Assembly: GCA_963831745.1 (NCBI GenBank)
Contig: CAWHRD010000008.1
Span: 73,816-137,815 of the forward strand
DNA: 64,000 bases
DNA from: an uncultured Chloroflexia bacterium
GTDB lineage: Bacteria; Chloroflexota; Limnocylindria; Limnocylindrales; CSP1-4
Direction of reading: 5' to 3'
Part shown: positions 35,006 to 44,599 of the stretch, piece after piece
How positions within the stretch are numbered: the stretch's first letter is position 1
How the letters are laid out: each line of letters begins with the position of its first letter
The notes under the pieces: model-generated
The model's input: the letters and a program-made list of their open reading frames with translations, nothing else
The model's database searches: none
Told to the model about the DNA's origin: nothing
Position numbers and translations under genes: made by a program

Positions 35006-35695
35006 TCAGATGATGGAGCGCCCTTTGACCATGCCTGGCTGCATCTCGGTCGCCGCCACGATGTGGTGGCGGTTGAGGAGGGCGAACTCATAGCGGGAGA
35101 TGACCCTCCGGTCGGCGAGCGAGCGAGTCCGCACGTCGGTCATCGGGATCCATTGGGGCGACGGAGACTCGATGAACGCCGCCAGCTGCGCTTCCAGATT
35201 GAGGTGCACGTCGCCGCTCAGCGTGTGACCGGAGGTGACCACGATGAGGGTATGAGCACGCTTCTCGAGGAGCCACTCCTTCGGCGTCTCGCGCAGCGTC
35301 GGGTCGGTCTGCTGGCCGATGAGGGTCACCTCCTCGGGGCTCACCCAGATGTTCGGCGCGGTGACCTTCGTCGGGTCACCGTTGCGGCGCAGGATCGTGA
35401 CGCCGCTGAGGTGGATCAGACCCTCATGGTTGTTGATGAAGTCCGACAGCCGGCGGTGGAATCCGATCAGGACGGAGCCAGAGAGGCGCAGGTGCTGCCC
35501 GACCAGCTCGATTGGCAACCCTTCCTCGGTAGCCGTCAGCGACGGAGTCTGCGAGTCGTCGAAGACGAGTGCCTCGAGGTATGTCGCCGCGTCGCCGTCG
35601 ACCATCCCCGCCTCGCCGTCGGGGATGGGGAACGTGGGCTGGTCGGGGTTGTTCGTCACGAGCCGAGAGTACACGGTCCCGCCCGGAGGGGTCAC
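35006..35695 (-). CDS. hypothetical protein (two similar halves), visibly less GC-rich than neighbours
   Basis: 229 aa with balanced composition, including many N, I, K, F residues that are rare elsewhere in the window. No family recognised. Confidence 0.5.
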   Translation of the reverse strand: MTPPGGTVYSRLVTNNPDQPTFPIPDGEAGMVDGDAATYLEALVFDDSQTPSLTATEEGLPIELVGQHLRLSGSVLIGFHRRLSDFINNHEGLIHLSGVTILRRNGDPTKVTAPNIWVSPEEVTLIGQQTDPTLRETPKEWLLEKRAHTLIVVTSGHTLSGDVHLNLEAQLAAFIESPSPQWIPMTDVRTRSLADRRVISRYEFALLNRHHIVAATEMQPGMVKGRSII

Positions 35696-35820
35696 CGGGT
35701 CGGACGCCTCTCTCGCACCGATCGTATGATGTGGCGCCGCCCCCCGCTCTCTAGTATCTCGATACCGCGGCCGGCGATGCCGCGCGCCTGCGGCACCGAC
35801 GTCGCGAAGGAGGCCAGGAC

Positions 35821-38028
35821 ATGACAGCTCTACGGCGTGGGCGCGCGGCTGCGCGGACGCTGCTGGCCCTCGTGGCGGTCGCGGCGCTGACGGTGCCGCT
35901 CGTTCCCTCCAGCCTCGCCGCGCCGTCGGGGACGGTGAGCGGCGCCCTGGCGTTGCCGGAGGGCCAGGCGTTGACCGCCAACGCCGTCGCCGTGGTCACG
36001 ATCTTCGACCAGGGAGCGGGGGCGTCCGAGCCGCTCATCGTCGGCCAGCAGCGCGGGCCGGCGACCGCCGCCGGCAGCATCCCCTTCGCCGTGCGCTATG
36101 ACCCGGCGCGGATCAACCCGCAGCGGCCGTACGTCCTGTACGCCGCGATCGTCGACGGGGACGCGGTCCTCCTGAGCACGACCCCGGTCCCCGTCATCAC
36201 CGGGGGCCCGGAATCCGGCCTGACCGTTCCCATGGTGCTGCGACCGAATGGCCCGGCGACGCTGAGCGTCACGGTGGTGAAGTTGGACACGACCGGCCTG
36301 AGCCCGACCGCGGTCGTCCAGGCGGGCGTGGTCAAGGTCGGGAGCGGGCGCATCGCCAGCCGCGATCTCTCGGTCACCTCGGGCCAGGTGCCGGTGGCGC
36401 TGGAGATCCCCTACGACCCCGCCCTCGTCGACCCGACGGCCCAGTACGTGATGAAGGCGGCCATCGTCGACGGCTCGTCCGTGTGGGAGAGCCTCGTTGC
36501 GGTCCCGGTCGTGCCGGGATCGACCGAGCCCATCACGGTCGAGGTGACATCCCTGCCGGTGGGGCTCCCCGTCATCGAGCCCAGCCCCGCGCCCTCCGGC
36601 AGTCCGGTCGCCTCGGCGGCCCCGACGGCCGCTCCCACGGCTGTGCCGACCCCGAAACCAACGGCTGCGCCGACCCCGGCCTCGACGCCCACGCCGAAGC
36701 CGACCGCGGCCCCGACGCCGACGCCCGCGCCGACGGCCACCGCGGCCCCGACGCCGACGCCCGCGCCGACGGCCACCGCGGCCCCGACGGCCACGCCGAA
36801 GCCGACGGCGGCCCCGACGCCGACGCCCGCGCCGACGGCCACCGCGGCCCCGACGGCCACGCCGACCCCGACCGCCACGCCAACCCCTGCGCCGACCGCC
36901 ACGGAGTCCGCCAGCGCTTCCCCGACGCCGAGCCTGACCCCGAGCCCGACCTCGGGCACCGTCGAGGGCACGCTCGTGTACCGCGAGCCGGCCAAGCTCT
37001 CGGGTGGCGCGCGGGCCGTCGTCGCGCTCCTCGACGAGGGCAACCGCTCGGCGGTCTCCGTCCTGGCGAGCCAGACGATCACCACGCCGGGCCAGCAGCC
37101 GGTCGCCTTCTCGCTGACCTTCGCGACGGCCGACATCGACCCGAGCCGCGCCTACACGATCCGTGCCGCGATCGTCGACGGCGAGAATGCCTGGATCTCC
37201 GCGGAGGGCGTTCCGGTCATCACGAATGGAGCCCCGACGAGCGGCGTCGTCGTCCCCTTGACGTACCGCCCGGACCTCCTCCTCGGAGAGGTGACCGGCA
37301 CGCTTTCCGGCATCGATGGGGCGCTGGGGGACGGGGCATCGTCCGTGACGATGGTGGTCGACCCTGCCACGGGTATCGTCCTGGGGTTCGACGCGCGCCC
37401 CCAGGCGGGAGCGACGTCGCCGATCGCGTTCTCGGTCCCCTTCAACGTTGCCGACGTCGACCCTGAAGCTGCTTACGTCGTGACCAGCGAGGTGACCGAC
37501 GGCGACCGCACGTGGGAGACCACGACGCCGCCGCGGGTGATCACGGGCGGAAACCCGTTCGCCGGGGTGGAGGTGTCGCTGGCCGCGGTCCCCGTCCCGA
37601 CACCGGTGCCGACACCCACGCCGTCGCCGGCCCCCTCGCCGTCGCCGGCCCCGACCCCGGGAGAGGGCGACGAGGGAGGCCCGCCGTGGCTCCTCCTGCT
37701 CGCGCTCGCGGCGCTGGTGGCCGCGGGCATCGCAGCCCTTCTCTACGCTCGCCGGGCGCCGACCCCACCGGTCGACCCGGTTGCCGTGGCATCGGCCGAG
37801 GCCGTGACGCCGGGGACACCGGATGTGGCCGGAACGGCCGCCGAGCCCGCCGGGGAGACGACGACCGGCACATCTCCGACGGAGCCCGTGACGGAGCCGG
37901 GGCTTGCGGCGTCGGAGTCGGTCGAGTCGGCCACCACGGCGGCAGAGTCGGTCGAGCCGACCGAGCCGGGGCTTGCGGCGGCGGAGTCGGTCGACCCCGG
38001 CGCGGCCGCGCCCACGGACGAGGCCTGA
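35821..38028 (+). CDS. cell-surface protein with four YbaY-like repeats, Pro/Thr/Ala linker and C-terminal membrane anchor
   Basis: Signal RTLLALVAVAALTVPLVPSSLAAP. Repeats follow the pattern SGTV..ALP....V.V.L.D......P..F...YD...I.....Y.L.A.IVDG......T..PVIT.G. C-terminal helix PPWLLLLALAALVAAGIAALLYA. Confidence 0.75.
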   Translation: MTALRRGRAAARTLLALVAVAALTVPLVPSSLAAPSGTVSGALALPEGQALTANAVAVVTIFDQGAGASEPLIVGQQRGPATAAGSIPFAVRYDPARINPQRPYVLYAAIVDGDAVLLSTTPVPVITGGPESGLTVPMVLRPNGPATLSVTVVKLDTTGLSPTAVVQAGVVKVGSGRIASRDLSVTSGQVPVALEIPYDPALVDPTAQYVMKAAIVDGSSVWESLVAVPVVPGSTEPITVEVTSLPVGLPVIEPSPAPSGSPVASAAPTAAPTAVPTPKPTAAPTPASTPTPKPTAAPTPTPAPTATAAPTPTPAPTATAAPTATPKPTAAPTPTPAPTATAAPTATPTPTATPTPAPTATESASASPTPSLTPSPTSGTVEGTLVYREPAKLSGGARAVVALLDEGNRSAVSVLASQTITTPGQQPVAFSLTFATADIDPSRAYTIRAAIVDGENAWISAEGVPVITNGAPTSGVVVPLTYRPDLLLGEVTGTLSGIDGALGDGASSVTMVVDPATGIVLGFDARPQAGATSPIAFSVPFNVADVDPEAAYVVTSEVTDGDRTWETTTPPRVITGGNPFAGVEVSLAAVPVPTPVPTPTPSPAPSPSPAPTPGEGDEGGPPWLLLLALAALVAAGIAALLYARRAPTPPVDPVAVASAEAVTPGTPDVAGTAAEPAGETTTGTSPTEPVTEPGLAASESVESATTAAESVEPTEPGLAAAESVDPGAAAPTDEA
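36709..36870. repeat. 36-bp tandem repeats inside the Pro/Thr/Ala linker
   Basis: GCCCCGACGCCGACGCCCGCGCCGACGGCCACCGCG is identical at 36709-36744 and 36745-36780, and occurs again at 36811-36846, with related 30-bp units between. Confidence 0.85.
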
Positions 38029-38041
38029 TCGGGCCGGAAGG

Positions 38042-38848
38042 CTACTCCCAGCGGAACGTCCGGGCGGTCAGGACGCCGAGCCCGACCGCCCAGGCGGCCA
38101 GGAGCGCGAGGGGCTCCACGAGGTCCCCGGTGCTCGCCCCCAGGCCGATGCGCAGCGCGTCGGCCAGGGCCGCCGTCGGCAGGAGCGACGCGAGGGCGCC
38201 CAGGAGGCCCGGCAGCTGGTGGCCCGGGACGAGGAGGCCGCCGACGAGGAGGGCGAGCAGGAAGAGCGCGTTCGTCAGGGCCATCGTGGCCTCGGCCCGC
38301 AGCGTGCCCGCGAAGAAGAGCCCCATCGCGCTGAACACGGCCGTGCCGAGCAGCACGGCCGCAACGACCGCCGCCGGGTTCCATCCCGGCCCCGGGCCCC
38401 AGCCGAAAAGGACCACCGCCAGCCCGACCAGCAGGACGGCCTGGACGGCTTCGACCACGACGATCGTTCCGACCTTCCCGGCCATCAGCTGGCCGCGCGT
38501 GAGGGGCGAGGCGCCGAGGCGCTTGAGGACGCCGTAGGAGCGCTCGAAGCCGGTCGAGATCCCGAGGTTGACGAGGCCGGCGGCGACGATCGCGGTCGCG
38601 AGGATCGCCGGCAGGACGCCGTCGACCGGCTGGGCGCCGGGCAGCGCGGTGTCCGCCTTGGGAAGGACCGAGATCGACCCGAAGAAGACGAGCAGGACGG
38701 CGGGCATCACCAGCGTCACGAAGAGGTTCTCGAGGCGGCGTGACGTCAGGCGGAGCTCCATCTCGAGGATTGCCGCGACACGCGCCGGCACCGACGACGG
38801 GCGCCCGTCGCCCGCCTGCAGGATGTCGGCGGAGAGCGGCGTCGTCAC
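38042..38848 (-). CDS. ABC-2 type transporter permease
   Basis: GTG 38848 forms a GTGA overlap with the ATPase stop. Six helices, ABC-2-like (LENLFVTLVMPAVLLVFFG). Confidence 0.8.
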   Translation of the reverse strand: MTTPLSADILQAGDGRPSSVPARVAAILEMELRLTSRRLENLFVTLVMPAVLLVFFGSISVLPKADTALPGAQPVDGVLPAILATAIVAAGLVNLGISTGFERSYGVLKRLGASPLTRGQLMAGKVGTIVVVEAVQAVLLVGLAVVLFGWGPGPGWNPAAVVAAVLLGTAVFSAMGLFFAGTLRAEATMALTNALFLLALLVGGLLVPGHQLPGLLGALASLLPTAALADALRIGLGASTGDLVEPLALLAAWAVGLGVLTARTFRWE

Positions 38849-39930
38849 GCGTCGCCTCCCGCGCGAGCCGCCGCGTCGGGCTCTGGGCCGCCCGGCTCGG
38901 CTTCGTCCGGCTCCGCGATCAGCTCCAGGAAGCGCTCCTCCAGCGTCCCGCCCGTCGTGCGCAGCTCGGCGAGCAGGAGGCCGCGCCCGGCGCACCAGGC
39001 CGCCAGGGCGGCGATCGTCGCGGGATCGGGCGTGCGCCCGGCAAGCCGGTGCCGTCCGCCCGACCCGTCCGCCTCGATGTCGCCGCCGAGGACGGCTCCC
39101 AGCGCGACGAGGTCTGCGGCATCGACGTGGGCGCCGCTCCCGTCCGCCATCGCCAGGCGGAAGCGGAGCGCAAGCCCGGCACCGGCCACGAGCTCGGCGG
39201 GGGTCCCGGCCGCGAGGACCCGTCCACGGTCGATGACGACGACGTGGTCGGCCAGGCGCTCGACGTCGGCCAGCTCGTGGGTCGTCAGGAGAACCGTCCG
39301 GCCGGCCGCGCGCAGGTCGGCGATGAGCGCGCGCACGGCCCCCTTCGCGGCCGGGTCCATGCCGGCGGTCGGCTCGTCGAGCACCAACAGCTCCGGACGT
39401 CCGACGAGCGCGAGGGCCAGCGCGAGCCGCTGCTTCTCCCCGCCCGACAGGAGCTTGTAGCGCCGGTCGGCGGCCCGGTCGAGACCGAGGAGGTCGAGCA
39501 GGGCGTCGGGGTCGGCCGGGTTCGCGAAGAGGCGGGCGTGGAGGCGGACCAGCTCCCGCGGCCGCCCCTGCGGCGCGATGCCGCCCTGCTGGAGCATCAC
39601 CCCGACGCGGGGCCGCAGGGCCGCGCCGTCGCGCTGCGGGTCGAGCCCGAGCACCCGGATCTTACCGGCGTCGGGACGCCGGTAGCCCTCGAGGATCTCG
39701 ACGGTCGTCGTCTTGCCGGCTCCGTTCGGCCCGAGCAGCGCCACGAGCTGCCCGCGGGCCACGTCCAGGTCGAGGCCGTCGAGGACGGTCAGCTCGCCGT
39801 AGCGTTTGCGGAGGCCGCGGACGGTGATCGCCGCGGTTCCGTCGGCCGCGGCTCTGTCGGCCGCGGTTCCGTCGGCCGCGGTCGCGTCGCCCTGGCCGGC
39901 GGGGCGCGGGACGGCCCCGGCGGCCGTCAC
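38845..39930 (-). CDS. ABC transporter ATP-binding protein (DrrA-like)
   Basis: Walker A GPNGAGKTTT, signature LSGGEKQRLALA, Walker B LLVLDEPT. GTG 39930 forms a GTGA overlap with the thioredoxin-like gene's stop. Confidence 0.85.
   Translation of the reverse strand: MTAAGAVPRPAGQGDATAADGTAADRAAADGTAAITVRGLRKRYGELTVLDGLDLDVARGQLVALLGPNGAGKTTTVEILEGYRRPDAGKIRVLGLDPQRDGAALRPRVGVMLQQGGIAPQGRPRELVRLHARLFANPADPDALLDLLGLDRAADRRYKLLSGGEKQRLALALALVGRPELLVLDEPTAGMDPAAKGAVRALIADLRAAGRTVLLTTHELADVERLADHVVVIDRGRVLAAGTPAELVAGAGLALRFRLAMADGSGAHVDAADLVALGAVLGGDIEADGSGGRHRLAGRTPDPATIAALAAWCAGRGLLLAELRTTGGTLEERFLELIAEPDEAEPGGPEPDAAARAGGDA
39831..39890. repeat. 15-bp tandem repeat x4 in the 5' end of the ABC ATPase gene
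   Basis: CCGCGGTTCCGTCGG / CCGCGGCTCTGTCGG / CCGCGGTTCCGTCGG / CCGCGGTCGCGTCGC on the + strand. Confidence 0.8.
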
Positions 39931-40496
39931 GGCAGGATCGAGGCGAGGAGCCGGTCCAGCTCGGCGGCGTCGCGCACCTGCCCGATCTGCACGTCGCGGA
40001 TGACGCCCTCCGCGTCGACGAAGAACGTCTGGGGCGGCGCCAGGACCTTCCAGGTCGGGCCGATCGCGCGCTCCGGGTCTGTCACCGTCTGCCACGTGGC
40101 GGCCTGTTCCTCCACGAAAGCCCGGGCCGGCTCGGGGTCGTCCTTGTAGAGCACCCCGACGACCTCGAGACCGTCGGCGGCATGGCGGGCGGCCGCGTCC
40201 TCGAGGATGGGGAACTCATCGCGGCACGGCCCGCACCAGCTGGCCCAGAAGTTGACGAGCACGGGCTTGCCCCGAAGCGCGGCGAGGTCGAAGGCGGCAC
40301 CGTCGAGCGTCGTCCCGACGAGCGTCGGGGCCGGTGTCCCGATGAGCGGCGACCCGATGATGATGGTGCTCGCGCCGGGGCTGGCGGAGGTGGGCGCGCC
40401 GCCACAGGCCGTGAGGACGAGGGCCAGGGCGGCCAGCAGCGGAAGGAGGCGCCGGGCGCCGGCTCGGGGGGCGGTGGGAGTCATGGAGGCCGACAT
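39927..40496 (-). CDS. TlpA/ResA-like thiol:disulfide oxidoreductase lipoprotein
   Basis: Lipobox LVLTACGG. Thioredoxin motif LVNFWASWCGPCRDEFP. Confidence 0.85.
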   Translation of the reverse strand: MSASMTPTAPRAGARRLLPLLAALALVLTACGGAPTSASPGASTIIIGSPLIGTPAPTLVGTTLDGAAFDLAALRGKPVLVNFWASWCGPCRDEFPILEDAAARHAADGLEVVGVLYKDDPEPARAFVEEQAATWQTVTDPERAIGPTWKVLAPPQTFFVDAEGVIRDVQIGQVRDAAELDRLLASILP

Positions 40497-40552
40497 TCTA
40501 GGCCGGACCTCGATCTGGTGCCGCCGGGCCGGCGAGGGCGCGCCGAAACCCG

Positions 40553-40857
40553 CCTACTTCACCGTGAGCGTGCCGGTCATGTTCGGGTGGACCGTGCAGA
40601 CGAAGCCGTAGGTCCCGGCGGGGAGCGCCGGCACGTCGTAGGTCCGGGTGTCGACGCCGCTGAAGATCTCGCCCTGCCAGACCTCGCGCCCGGTGGGCGA
40701 ACCCTCGTGGATCGCGACGTTGTGGGGGATCCCGGCGTCGTTGTTGGTGAACACGATCTTGAAGGGCGTGTTCGCCGGCGCTTCCAGGGTCGCCGTGTCG
40801 TACGCGATCCCCTGGGCGCTCAGCGTGAGGGTCGCCCCGGCACCCGGCGCCTGGCTG
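40553..40857. repeat. ~305-bp near-identical direct repeat, copy A (cupredoxin-coding)
   Basis: Aligned by eye to 44295-44599. Only two substitutions were seen (at 40763 and 40845 in copy A), and both are synonymous. Confidence 0.85.
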
Positions 40858-41756
40858 CCGCCCGGCGCGGCGCTGCCGCCCGGCGCGGCGCTGCCGGAGG
40901 GGGCGGGGGCCGTCCCGCCCGACGCGGCCGGCGCCTGGGACGCCGTCCCGCCCGACGGGGCTCCGCCGGCGCCTCCGGACGCGGTCTCGGCGCGGGGCGG
41001 GATCACCCCGCCGGCGATGAGCAGCGAGCCCACGAACAGGACGAGGAAGGTGATGAGCGTTCCCGTCGGGAAGCGCGGCGCGGGGATGTTCTCCAGGTGG
41101 CCCGTGGCGTCGGCCTTCTCGACCTCCCGGTACTCCTTGCGGGCGTCGTTGAGCCAGCCGAGGAGACCGATGACCGTCATCAGGATCCCGGCCACGAAGA
41201 TGACGGGGTCGATGACCAGCCCGAGGAGCAGCGCAGCGGAGGCGATCGCCGCGAGGAGCGGCCGGAACGACGGGCCGGGGATGTGGACCCCCGGCGGCGG
41301 TCCCTCGCCGACGACCGCCGGCAGCGCCGTGGGCGGCTCAAGGGCGTCGTACTCGCGGTTGGCCTCGCGGCCCCAGTAGAGCAGCGACCCGGCCATCGCC
41401 AGGACGCCGACCGCGAGGGCCACCACGCCGAACGGCTCGACGACGACGGTCGTACCGGTGCCGCCCGCGCCCGGCTCGATCTTGATGAAGAGCGTCGAGA
41501 GGACGAGGGAGAAGGCGCCGGCCGCCGCCAGGAACGGGGCCAGGCTGGGCCCCGGCATGTGGATCCCCTCGGGAACCGGAGCGGCCGGCAGGGGTCGCGA
41601 CACCAGAGGCCCGGCGGCGGCGTAGCGCCGGACCAGCCAGACGAGATAGAGGCCGACGGCGGCGAGCACCGCGAGCGGGATCAGGAGGATGAGCGCGTTC
41701 CAGTCGGGCGAGACCAGCGAGCCGACGATCTCGAGGATCTTGTCCCAGAGCGACAT
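40554..41756 (-). CDS. polytopic membrane protein with C-terminal amicyanin-like cupredoxin domain
   Basis: N-terminal helices with a duplicated motif (GIHMPGPSLAPFLAAAG / GVHIPGPSFRPLLAAIA), then a Gly/Ala/Pro linker. Type-1 Cu ligands IPHNVAIH ... FVCTVHPNM. Confidence 0.75.
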   Translation of the reverse strand: MSLWDKILEIVGSLVSPDWNALILLIPLAVLAAVGLYLVWLVRRYAAAGPLVSRPLPAAPVPEGIHMPGPSLAPFLAAAGAFSLVLSTLFIKIEPGAGGTGTTVVVEPFGVVALAVGVLAMAGSLLYWGREANREYDALEPPTALPAVVGEGPPPGVHIPGPSFRPLLAAIASAALLLGLVIDPVIFVAGILMTVIGLLGWLNDARKEYREVEKADATGHLENIPAPRFPTGTLITFLVLFVGSLLIAGGVIPPRAETASGGAGGAPSGGTASQAPAASGGTAPAPSGSAAPGGSAAPGGSQAPGAGATLTLSAQGIAYDTATLEAPANTPFKIVFTNNDAGIPHNVAIHEGSPTGREVWQGEIFSGVDTRTYDVPALPAGTYGFVCTVHPNMTGTLTVK

Positions 41757-41778
41757 GGGGTCGGGCCCGGCCTCCGGG

Positions 41779-41958
41779 CTACTGCTCGTCGCCGCGGGGC
41801 GAGCCTGCGGCGAGGACGTACGACATCAGGCCCATCGCGACGCCCAGCGCCACGAGCATCGTGACGCCCCCGGGGTCGTGGCTGAGCAGCCCGTAGACGA
41901 TCCCGACGACGATGAACAGGAGTCCCGCGAGGAGCGTGTACCGGGGCTTGATGATCAT
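41779..41958 (-). CDS. 59-aa two-helix membrane protein, possibly the N-terminal half of oxidase subunit IV (CtaF-like)
   Basis: ATG 41958 after GGAGGG. MIIKPRYTLLAGLLFIVVGIVYGLLSHDPGGVTMLVALGVAMGLMSYVLAAG. Lies 15 nt after the subunit III gene. Too short for the ORF track. Confidence 0.5.
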   Translation of the reverse strand: MIIKPRYTLLAGLLFIVVGIVYGLLSHDPGGVTMLVALGVAMGLMSYVLAAGSPRGDEQ

Positions 41959-41973
41959 CGGACCCTCCGGGCG

Positions 41974-42615
41974 CTACAGCAGGTAGAGCGTCGAGAAGAG
42001 GACGATCCAGACGACGTCCACGAAGTGCCAGTACAGGGACGTCGCCTCGACCATGTCATGGTGCCGCGCCGAGAACTGGCCCGCGAGGCCGCGGTAGAGG
42101 ACCACCGACAGCATGATCGCACCGCCGGCGACGTGCGCGCCGTGGAAGCCGGTCAGCGTGTAGAAGGTGCTCCCGAAGGCCGTGTCGGTGATCCCGAAGC
42201 CGAGCTGGGTGTAGTCCCAGACCTGGCCGGTGAGGAAGATGACGCCCAGGACGAGGGTGACCCCGGTGGCCCGCAGGAAGGCCGTTCGATCGCCGCGACG
42301 GATCGCCCACACGCCGAGCTGCATGGTGACCGAGCTCAGGACGAGGATCGCCGTCAGCGTGCCGGCGACGGCGAGATGCTCCGTCGTATGGAGGTTGAAC
42401 GCCTCGTACTCCTGCTCGTTGACCAGGGGCGGCCAGTGCGGCGAGGTGAGGCGGACGTTGAAGTAGGCCGCGAACAGCCCGGCGAAGAACATCACCTCGG
42501 AGGCGATGAACAGGATCATCCCCAGGATCGGGTTGCTGATCCCCCGCTGGGCGTGGGCGTGCCACTCGCCGATCCCCGTGTCGTGGACCGCGACGGGCGG
42601 GGTGGTCGTGGCCAT
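41974..42615 (-). CDS. ctaE: cytochrome c oxidase subunit III
   Basis: MATTTPP start at 42615. ILGMILFIASEVMFFAGLFAAYF..FYTLTGFHGAHVAGG..SLYWHFVDVVWIVLF. Only the last 213 aa of track ORF 41974..44232 are real. Confidence 0.9.
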   Translation of the reverse strand: MATTTPPVAVHDTGIGEWHAHAQRGISNPILGMILFIASEVMFFAGLFAAYFNVRLTSPHWPPLVNEQEYEAFNLHTTEHLAVAGTLTAILVLSSVTMQLGVWAIRRGDRTAFLRATGVTLVLGVIFLTGQVWDYTQLGFGITDTAFGSTFYTLTGFHGAHVAGGAIMLSVVLYRGLAGQFSARHHDMVEATSLYWHFVDVVWIVLFSTLYLL

Positions 42616-42617
42616 CG

Positions 42618-44285
42618 TCAGTGCCCCGCCGTGATCTGCGGCGCGTCCGCCACGGCCGCCGCGTGCGCCAAGGCCGCCACGGCCTGGCGCTGGTCGAAGA
42701 GCGGGCGCTCGGAGCGGATCGGCGGCAGGTGGTCGAAGTTCCAGGCCGGCGGCGGCGACGAGGTCGCCCACTCCAGCGTGCTGCCCTCCCACGGGTTGTC
42801 GCCCGCGGGCTGTCCGCCGCGCAACGAGACGAAGATGTTCCACAGGAAGGGCAGCATCCCGACGGCGATCGTGAAGCCGCCGATCGTCGCGAGCAGGTTC
42901 AGGTCGTTCCACCCCGCGGTCGCACTGTAGTCGGCGATCCGGCGGGCCATCCCGGACGTGCCGAGGAGGTGCATCGGGAAGAACGTCAGGTTCATGCCGA
43001 TGAAGATCAGCACGAAGTGGATCTTGCCCAGCGTCTCGTTGAGCATCCGCCCGAACATCTTCGGGAACCAGTAGTAGATCCCGGCGAAGACGCCCATGAT
43101 CGAGCCGCCGAAGAGCACGTAGTGGATGTGGGCGACGATGAAGTAGGTCGCGTGGACGTGGTAGTCCACGGGCACCGAGGCGAGGAAGGCGCCGTTGATC
43201 CCGCCGATGAGGAACATCGTCAGGAAGCCGACCGCGAAGAGCATCGCGGTCGAGAAGGAGAGCTTGCCGCGGTACATCGTCGCGGTCCAGTTGAACATCT
43301 TCACCCCGGTGGGGACCGCGATGAGGAACGTCATGAAGCTGAAGAACGGCAGGTAGACCGAGCCGGTCGTGAACATGTGGTGGGCCCAGACCGAGAACCC
43401 GAGGGCGCCGATCGCGGCGGTGGCGAAGACGAACGCCTTGTAGCCGAAGAGCGGCTTCCGGCTGAACGTCGGGAGGACCTCGCTGACGATCCCCATGGCC
43501 GGCAGGATCATGATGTAGACCGCCGGGTGGCTGTAGAACCAGAAGACGTTCTGCCAGAGGATGGCGTTGCCGCCCTCCAGCGCCGTGTTGAAGAAGCTCC
43601 CGCCCAGGTTGCGGTCGATGTAGAGCATCATCAGCGCCGCGGTCAGGACCGGCGTCCCCATCAGCACCAGCACGCTGGTGACGAGGATCGTCCAGACGAA
43701 GATCGGCATGCGGAAGAGGGTCATCCCCGGCGCCCGCATCTTGAAGATCGTGACCAGGAAGTTGACCGCTCCGAGGATGGAGCTCGTGCCCACCAGGAGC
43801 AGGGCGATGATCCACAGGTCGGTGCCCACGCCGGGGGCGTACTTCTCCTGCGCCAGCGGGCTGTAGCTGGTCCAGCCGTTGTCGGCGGCGCCGCCGAGTG
43901 GGAACCCCAGCATCGCGATCGCGGCCGAGAGCGGCAGCAGCCAGAACGACAGCGCGTTGATGCGCGGGAACGCCATGTCCGGCGCCCCGATCATGAGCGG
44001 CGTGAGGTAGTTCCCGAAGCCCGCCAGGAACGGGATGACGACCCAGAAGATCATCACCGAGGCGTGCATCGTGAACATCTGGTTGTAGGTGGCCTCGTCC
44101 ATCACCTGGAGGCCCGGCTGGGCCAGCTCGGTGCGAACGGCGAGGGCGAGGGCTCCGGCGATGAGGAAGAGCAGGAGCGAGTTGAAGAAGTACATGATCC
44201 CGATCTTCTTGTGATCGGTCGTCGTCAGCCACTCGTAGAGCCCCGAGCGGTAGGTCGCCGCGGGGCGGAGCGCGGTGGTCGCCAT
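42618..44285 (-). CDS. ctaD: cytochrome c oxidase subunit I
   Basis: TTDHKKIGIMYF, WFYSHPAVYIMILPAMGIVSE, VWAHHMFTTG, HYVLFGGSIMG. Confidence 0.95.
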   Translation of the reverse strand: MATTALRPAATYRSGLYEWLTTTDHKKIGIMYFFNSLLLFLIAGALALAVRTELAQPGLQVMDEATYNQMFTMHASVMIFWVVIPFLAGFGNYLTPLMIGAPDMAFPRINALSFWLLPLSAAIAMLGFPLGGAADNGWTSYSPLAQEKYAPGVGTDLWIIALLLVGTSSILGAVNFLVTIFKMRAPGMTLFRMPIFVWTILVTSVLVLMGTPVLTAALMMLYIDRNLGGSFFNTALEGGNAILWQNVFWFYSHPAVYIMILPAMGIVSEVLPTFSRKPLFGYKAFVFATAAIGALGFSVWAHHMFTTGSVYLPFFSFMTFLIAVPTGVKMFNWTATMYRGKLSFSTAMLFAVGFLTMFLIGGINGAFLASVPVDYHVHATYFIVAHIHYVLFGGSIMGVFAGIYYWFPKMFGRMLNETLGKIHFVLIFIGMNLTFFPMHLLGTSGMARRIADYSATAGWNDLNLLATIGGFTIAVGMLPFLWNIFVSLRGGQPAGDNPWEGSTLEWATSSPPPAWNFDHLPPIRSERPLFDQRQAVAALAHAAAVADAPQITAGH

Positions 44286-44294
44286 CGGGGCTCT

Positions 44295-44599
44295 CCTACT
44301 TCACCGTGAGCGTGCCGGTCATGTTCGGGTGGACCGTGCAGACGAAGCCGTAGGTCCCGGCGGGGAGCGCCGGCACGTCGTAGGTCCGGGTGTCGACGCC
44401 GCTGAAGATCTCGCCCTGCCAGACCTCGCGCCCGGTGGGCGAACCCTCGTGGATCGCGACGTTGTGGGGGATCCCGGCGTCGTTGTTGGTGAACACGATC
44501 TTGAACGGCGTGTTCGCCGGCGCTTCCAGGGTCGCCGTGTCGTACGCGATCCCCTGGGCGCTCAGCGTGAGGGTCGCCCCGGCACCGGGCGCCTGGCTG
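44295..44599. repeat. ~305-bp near-identical direct repeat, copy B
   Basis: See copy A at 40553-40857. The two copies are offset by 3742 bp. Confidence 0.85.

Noticed and set aside
40182-44309. 560-aa and 562-aa plus-strand ORFs opposite the oxidase genes
   Set aside because: Antisense to ctaD and the cupredoxin membrane protein, both unambiguous. Glu/Arg/Asp/Gly-rich with no motifs.
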